A DNA stretch of 64,000 nucleotides from Bacteroidales bacterium (GTDB taxonomy: Bacteria > Bacteroidota > Bacteroidia > Bacteroidales > VadinHA17): assembly GCA_024762655.1 (NCBI GenBank), contig JANTHB010000004.1, positions 9,966 through 73,965 on the forward strand, in the 5' to 3' direction. The stretch's first letter is position 1. Each line of letters begins with the position of its first letter. Below are positions 59,133-64,000 of this stretch, in pieces. The translations under genes and the position numbers were made by a program. Below the pieces are notes generated by a model, which was not told the origin of the DNA, searched no databases, and saw only the letters and a program-made list of their open reading frames with translations.

Positions 59133-60596
59133 TTGCCGGCTAAAAACGAAACATATTGGTTTTACAGCCTTTCCGCTTTATTCCTGATCACGGAGTTGGT
59201 TTTCATATATTTTGAAATCTATCCTGCTTTATTACTGCCGTTGGTTTTACTGTTTCTTTTTCTGGCCTTTTACCGCCTGGACGTTTTTTACCTCAGCATT
59301 GTTTTTCTCACCCCGCTATCCATCCCTCTCCAGGAATTTTTCCCGCAATTGCCTTTTAATCTCTCGATCCCTTCCGAGCCTCTGCTGATTCTGCTGCTTT
59401 TCATTCTTATCTATCGTCTCTTCCTGAAAGACTCCCCGGAAAGAGCTTTTCTGTTCCATCCTCTGACCCTCGCCATCGTGATTTATTTAACATGGATGCT
59501 GATCTCTGCGCTCACCAGCACCATGCCGTTGGTGTCCTTGAAATTTTTTATTTCACATACCTGGTTTATTGCCGGAGCGTATTTTTTCGCATATGAAATT
59601 TTTAAGCGTCCCGGAAATATCCCCCGTTTTCTATGGCTTTATATCATTCCGTTAGCTCTGGTAATTCTTTTTACCCTTTTTAATCAATCCCAGGCAGGGT
59701 TAATCAACCAGAAAGCCGCCCATTCGGCCATGAAGCCTTTTTACAACGACCATACCGCCTATGGGGCCATATTGGCCCTGTTTATCCCGGTGCTTGCAGG
59801 GATGTTCTTCGTCCGGAAAAAGATCCGCCGGGCCCCCGGGTGGATCGTGTTTGTGTTGTTTCTGTTATTTTTCACAGCGCTCATTTTCAGTTACAGCCGG
59901 GCTGCCTGGCTAAGCCTCGCCCTGGCTTTCGGTATTTTTGTCCTCGTAAAATTTCGCGTTCGTTTCATAACCATTGCGCTGTTCTCTCTTATTCTTGCAG
60001 GACTTTTCTTTTCCTACCGCACCATGGTCCTGCAGAAACTGGAAAGAAACAAACAGGAGTCTTCCACCAGTTTTGCCCAACATATCAGTTCAATTACAAA
60101 TATTCAGACGGATGCTTCTAACATGGAACGAATAAACCGCTGGAAATGCGCCCTGCGTATGTTTGATAAGAAGCCGGTGCTGGGATGGGGCCCCGGCACG
60201 TATATGTTTCAATATGCTCCTTTCCAGAACTCCAATGATCGCACGATCATCAGTACGGATTTCGGAGACCGGGGCAATGCCCATAGTGAATATCTGGGTC
60301 CGCTGGCGGAAAGCGGTCTTCCGGGATTTCTCACGGTTCTGGGGGTTTTTATCCTTACATTTCTCACCGGGCTGAGGGTTTACTCCAGAGCCACAGAAAA
60401 GTGGGTAAGCAATCTGTCTGTCGCTTTATTGACCGGATTAAGCTCCTATTTTATCCATGGCCTGATGAATAATTTTCTCGATACGGACAAGGCAGCTATT
60501 CCTTTCTGGAGCTTTCTGGCCATACTGGTTGCGCTGGACCTGCATTACAGCAAACCGGAAAATACAGAAATCCCTCAATCCGGAATCCCTGAGTGA
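59133..60596 (+). CDS. O-antigen ligase/polymerase (Wzy_C) family membrane protein
   Basis: About 10-12 TM segments. The loop SYSRAAWLSLALAF ... GWGPGTY ... HSEYL is typical of the O-antigen ligase family. Uses a TTG start. Confidence 0.78.
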   Translation: MPAKNETYWFYSLSALFLITELVFIYFEIYPALLLPLVLLFLFLAFYRLDVFYLSIVFLTPLSIPLQEFFPQLPFNLSIPSEPLLILLLFILIYRLFLKDSPERAFLFHPLTLAIVIYLTWMLISALTSTMPLVSLKFFISHTWFIAGAYFFAYEIFKRPGNIPRFLWLYIIPLALVILFTLFNQSQAGLINQKAAHSAMKPFYNDHTAYGAILALFIPVLAGMFFVRKKIRRAPGWIVFVLFLLFFTALIFSYSRAAWLSLALAFGIFVLVKFRVRFITIALFSLILAGLFFSYRTMVLQKLERNKQESSTSFAQHISSITNIQTDASNMERINRWKCALRMFDKKPVLGWGPGTYMFQYAPFQNSNDRTIISTDFGDRGNAHSEYLGPLAESGLPGFLTVLGVFILTFLTGLRVYSRATEKWVSNLSVALLTGLSSYFIHGLMNNFLDTDKAAIPFWSFLAILVALDLHYSKPENTEIPQSGIPE

Positions 60597-60605
60597 TCCC
60601 TGAAA

Positions 60606-61835
60606 CTAGAAAATCTCAACACCCAGTATCGAGACATCATCAAAACAACGGGAGTTCTCCGGGGTAATGTCTTCTTCCCGGATCAGGGATTGAATGTTTT
60701 GATGAATATCCTTCCGGTTACTTATATTCTTTTCAATGGGGACCGTCCCGATTTCTTTCCCGTTTTCATCCGGCAGTTCAGACAATCCGTCGGTATAACA
60801 GATGATCTTGGTACGCTGGTTAAGCTTCAGAGTTTCTTTCACGACATCGGGCATTTCATCCAGCATGCCGATGCCCACCGTATTGCTGTGAAGTTTCAAT
60901 ATTTTATCTTCTTCCGTCAGATAAACCACCGGGGGGTTATGAGCCGCATTCACGTATTCAAGTACGCGGGTTTCACAGTTGTATTTTGCCAGGAAAAGTG
61001 TAATGAATTTTTCTCCGTTGGCACTTTCCACAACTCGCTGATTCAAGGTGCGTATCAGTTTTTTCAGCGGGATATCATACGTATACAACGCTCTCAGGTT
61101 GGCCTGAAAATTGGCCATGAGCAAAGCTGCCGAGATCCCTTTTCCCGAGACATCCGCAATACAAAAACCATAGGTATGTCTGCTCAGTTGAATACAGTCA
61201 TAATAGTCACCTCCGATTGAAAAGTGAGGTTGATAAAACCCCCACACACGCAGACAATGATTAGAAGGCAGGACGCTATTGTCGGGAATCAGGAGGGTTT
61301 GCATTTTTTTTGCCAGCTCCAGCTCTTTCTTCATTCTTTCCTGCTCAAGACTTTCCTGGAACAACCGGATGTTTTCAATGGCTACCAACACAATATTGGT
61401 AATCGTCTGGATAAAATTGAAGTGTTTGATCAGCGGGCTTATCCCTTCTCCCTCTTCGATATCTCCGATGAGCACATAAGCCATGGTCACATTGTTGTTG
61501 ATCACGGGGATAATATAGTCAAACCCGGTAATGGCATCTTCGCCGGTCGCCCCCACCACGGAGGTTATCTCCCTGACCGGCAGTAACTGTTTTTCAATAT
61601 CAATCTTATCGCAATCACTGATATCACACCCCGAGTGATAAATGCAATTCCACTCATCGTTTTTTTTGAAAATAGCGATCTTCCCAATATTCAGGTCTTT
61701 TACCAGGAATCTCTCCATGAGGGTCAGTAACTCTTCAGGCGATTTATTCTGATTAATCGCCTGTGTCACCTCCAGCAGGGCATTCAGTTTTAATTTTGAA
61801 TCCTCCAGCCTCTTCTGGGTTGCATTACTGGCCAT
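60606..61835 (-). CDS. GAF-domain PP2C-type (SpoIIE/RsbU-like) serine phosphatase
   Basis: An N-terminal GAF-like region. PP2C/SpoIIE blocks are GGDYYD, IADVSGKGISAALLMA and YTDGLSE. Confidence 0.85.
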   Translation of the reverse strand: MASNATQKRLEDSKLKLNALLEVTQAINQNKSPEELLTLMERFLVKDLNIGKIAIFKKNDEWNCIYHSGCDISDCDKIDIEKQLLPVREITSVVGATGEDAITGFDYIIPVINNNVTMAYVLIGDIEEGEGISPLIKHFNFIQTITNIVLVAIENIRLFQESLEQERMKKELELAKKMQTLLIPDNSVLPSNHCLRVWGFYQPHFSIGGDYYDCIQLSRHTYGFCIADVSGKGISAALLMANFQANLRALYTYDIPLKKLIRTLNQRVVESANGEKFITLFLAKYNCETRVLEYVNAAHNPPVVYLTEEDKILKLHSNTVGIGMLDEMPDVVKETLKLNQRTKIICYTDGLSELPDENGKEIGTVPIEKNISNRKDIHQNIQSLIREEDITPENSRCFDDVSILGVEIF

Positions 61836-61849
61836 AAAAACGGTTTAAG

Positions 61850-62419
61850 TTATCCTTTTACCCTTTCCCCGTAAGAGCGGGTTCTCGTATCGACTTTTAT
61901 TTTTTCTCCCTGGTTGATGAATAACGGAACACTAATGGTGGCTCCGGTTTCCAGGGTGGCAGGTTTCATGGCGGTGGTGGAAGAGGTGTCTCCTTTTATA
62001 CCGGGTTCGGTATAGGTTACTTCCAGCTCAACATAGGGGGGGAGATCAACGGAAAGAGGGGTCTCCGTCTCGGCATGAAAAACGATCTCCACATCCTGTC
62101 CTTCCTTCATCAGGTCGGGGTTGGGTATCAACCCTTCTTCAATGGAGACCTGCTCAAACGTTTCACGGTGCATAAAATGATATCCCATATCATCTTTGTA
62201 AAGAAACTGATAAGGCCGCCGTTCTATCCGGGCCACCGTCACTTTATGGCCTGACGAAAACGTATTATCTATCACCCTGCCGGTGGTAAGACTCTTTAAC
62301 TTGGTCCGCACAAATGCCGGTCCTTTGCCGGGTTTGACATGCTGAAATTGGACAATGGTGTACAAATCATTGTTAAACTCAATACACAATCCGTTTCTGA
62401 AATCCGCTGTGGTTGCCAT
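61850..62419 (-). CDS. efp: Elongation factor P
   Basis: The block [17 protein letters not shown] and a length of 189 aa. Confidence 0.95.
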   Translation of the reverse strand: MATTADFRNGLCIEFNNDLYTIVQFQHVKPGKGPAFVRTKLKSLTTGRVIDNTFSSGHKVTVARIERRPYQFLYKDDMGYHFMHRETFEQVSIEEGLIPNPDLMKEGQDVEIVFHAETETPLSVDLPPYVELEVTYTEPGIKGDTSSTTAMKPATLETGATISVPLFINQGEKIKVDTRTRSYGERVKG

Positions 62420-62443
62420 GTTCTCTTTATCTTGTTGTTTTCA

Positions 62444-62451
62444 CAAAAATA
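62444..62451 (-). promoter_or_regulatory. Bacteroidota -7 box (TATTTTTG) upstream of efp
   Basis: TAnnTTTG on the minus strand, 24 nt upstream of the efp ATG. Confidence 0.45.
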
Positions 62452-62503
62452 ATGGAATTACCGGAATTACCCAACGTAATCTCCGGCCTTTTGGTTAAAG
62501 CCG

Positions 62504-63307
62504 TTATTCCTTACTTATAAAAGCTGATACAGGATAACGCAACCCTTCGTAGTCGGCCAGATCAATGCGGAAGGAACCTACTTTAAGATTTACCCGGATC
62601 TTTACCGGTAAAAAATTCTCATCGTCGGTAAGCCACATAGACATATCATTTTCTTTCTTGAATGCTCTTCCCACCTCTGTCACAGGACCGAATTTGAGAC
62701 ACCGGACTTTCTTCTTTCCGATCTTTACAATGTCCTTACCAAGATAACGGATTTTTAAAGGCCACAGTTCGTCCGTAAAATAGGTCTGTATCAGTACGGT
62801 CTCCCGCTTTCCGAAAGCATATCCGGCATAATGTTCCCTGAAATAATAAAAACCGGTAAGCACATCATATATATTTTTCGGGACCACCACCTTACCCCGT
62901 GCCTTACTGTAAACAATGGAAGAATCATCCCGGGCATAGTGGTCAAAAGTCACTTCATTGTACTTTTTATAATTCCCTTCGTGGATATCCCGTATGGCTT
63001 TAAGAGGGAACTGTGTTAACGGATCCATATAGCACTCATAACGGTCGCGCACTTTGTATATCACGTCGGCAAGTCCGGAAGTGCGGCCTAGCAATTTAAT
63101 ATGCCATACTTCTTTTCCGTGTAGGGTATCCCTTTTAACCAGAAGATAAGCATCACCCGCCGGTACGAATGAAAAATTAATGTTGTAATGCAGCTTCTCC
63201 CCCGGACCGTATCTCACCGGTTCTTCTCCACGAACCGAAAGTTCCCCGACCCATGATACAAGTATCAGAAAAAATAATATACTACGAACCATCATACTTC
63301 TTTTCAT
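62504..63307 (-). CDS. DUF3108 domain protein (exported)
   Basis: A signal peptide. The YNINFSFVPAGDAYL... pattern matches my recollection of DUF3108. Confidence 0.7.
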   Translation of the reverse strand: MKRSMMVRSILFFLILVSWVGELSVRGEEPVRYGPGEKLHYNINFSFVPAGDAYLLVKRDTLHGKEVWHIKLLGRTSGLADVIYKVRDRYECYMDPLTQFPLKAIRDIHEGNYKKYNEVTFDHYARDDSSIVYSKARGKVVVPKNIYDVLTGFYYFREHYAGYAFGKRETVLIQTYFTDELWPLKIRYLGKDIVKIGKKKVRCLKFGPVTEVGRAFKKENDMSMWLTDDENFLPVKIRVNLKVGSFRIDLADYEGLRYPVSAFISKE

Positions 63308-63332
63308 CCCCTTTTTGTTTGTTTTCCTGCAA

Positions 63333-64000
63333 TTACCGGTCCGTTTTTAATTTATTTTTTGGAATCGTAGCCATAAATTCTTTCAGGTAGAAAGGCTCAA
63401 AGTAGGCAACATCTTCAAAGGCCTGTAATTGAAAGCGTTCATGAGACAGGGGGATCATAAATTCTGCCGAAGGCCTGATGTTTTCAAGAAACCTGGCATG
63501 GGGGTGCGTAAGCACCTTCCTGCATTTCTCACTCCCTGTTCCGAAAAAAAACACCGTACGCTCTTTCAGGATCTTTTCGAAGGACCCGGACGTAATCCCC
63601 TCGGCCTGAACATCCGTTTTTTGCTTGCCGGACATATCAAAAAAAGACAGATAAACTTCCATTCGCCTGGCATCGATCATGGGACATAGCCAGGTGTTTG
63701 GAGGAATATCCGGCAATGTTTTCCTTATGATCTCCAAAGCTTCTGTAACCATTGCTTCCAGGGGAGATACGGCAATGAGTGGAATGTTTAAGCCATAGGA
63801 CAGCCCTTTCGCGGTGGAAACACCTATTCTCAACCCGGTATATGAGCCGGGCCCCTTGCTGACAGCCACTGCATGCAGATCACTCGTTTCCAGCTTGTTT
63901 TTTTTCAGGATCTTATCGATAAGCAAAGTAAGCACCCTGGCATGATCTCTTGCTTCTTGACTTTCAAGAATATCCAGTGTGTTTTCACCTTTCCCCAGGG
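63333..64000 (-). CDS. tsaB: tRNA t6A biosynthesis protein TsaB; N-terminus lies beyond the window edge
   Basis: GPGSYTGLRIGVSTAKGL is the TsaB/YeaZ signature. The reading frame stays open from 63935 to the window end. Confidence 0.85.
   Translation of the reverse strand, partial: LGKGENTLDILESQEARDHARVLTLLIDKILKKNKLETSDLHAVAVSKGPGSYTGLRIGVSTAKGLSYGLNIPLIAVSPLEAMVTEALEIIRKTLPDIPPNTWLCPMIDARRMEVYLSFFDMSGKQKTDVQAEGITSGSFEKILKERTVFFFGTGSEKCRKVLTHPHARFLENIRPSAEFMIPLSHERFQLQAFEDVAYFEPFYLKEFMATIPKNKLKTDR

Noticed and set aside
62454-62471. Tandem 9-nt repeat GGAATTACC x2 upstream of efp
   Set aside because: There are only two short units, so it is not a CRISPR-like or satellite array. It is most likely chance or part of the DUF3108 3' region.

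Overview
The window looks like a chromosomal segment from a Bacteroidota genome. Supporting signals are a SusC/SusD pair, several T9SS C-terminal sorting domains, lipoprotein signal peptides and TAnnTTTG -7 promoter boxes. I support about 57 protein genes, 3 tRNAs, several intrinsic terminators and a few repeats or pseudogene fragments. I saw no CRISPR array, rRNA, transposase or integrase.

Layout:
- 1-9.7 kb: a PorZ-like T9SS protein (5' truncated), a class III cyclase-HD fusion, recO, a GH3-family enzyme, a deoxynucleoside kinase, DUF1987, tRNA-Gln, DUF2797, a rhomboid protease and a HAD/beta-PGM-like hydrolase.
- 10.2-12.6 kb: a penicillin/AHL-acylase family Ntn hydrolase, then tRNA-Asn and a PfkB kinase.
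- 14.1-28 kb: a LacI-associated alpha-glucan PUL. It holds cupin, LacI, SusC, an unusually long SusD, a SusE-like gene, GH53, GH13 and a GH13 with a T9SS CTD.
- 28.1-30.8 kb: yceD-rpmF-plsX-fabH.
- 30.9-39.8 kb: bactofilin, atpZ and a complete F-type ATP synthase gene set, with a polyprenyl synthase between atpG and atpD.
- 39.8-48.4 kb: an alpha/beta hydrolase, a eukaryote-like aromatic amino acid decarboxylase, a 980-aa HExxH/PD40 protein and a 1077-aa DUF2723 membrane protein.
- 48.4-56 kb: a more accessory-looking stretch. It holds an orphan receiver domain, an exported caspase-family protease with C-terminal repeats, a small OM barrel, tRNA-Arg with a GIY-YIG gene and a partial tandem duplicate, a T9SS repeat protein, a PflX-like radical SAM enzyme, and an orphan AbrB-like gene behind a 28-bp perfect palindrome.
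- 56-64 kb: cvpA, tyrS, Wzz-like, O-antigen-ligase-like, GAF-PP2C phosphatase, efp, DUF3108 and tsaB (partial).

The observations most worth follow-up are:
- the tRNA-Arg/GIY-YIG duplication, which carries a palindromic insertion in the T-loop;
- the SusD with an internal SusE/F-like tandem carbohydrate-binding module;
- the exported caspase with its receiver neighbour;
- the cyclase-HD fusion;
- the palindrome-guarded AbrB-like gene.

All functional calls come from motif recognition by eye in the supplied translations. No database search was run.
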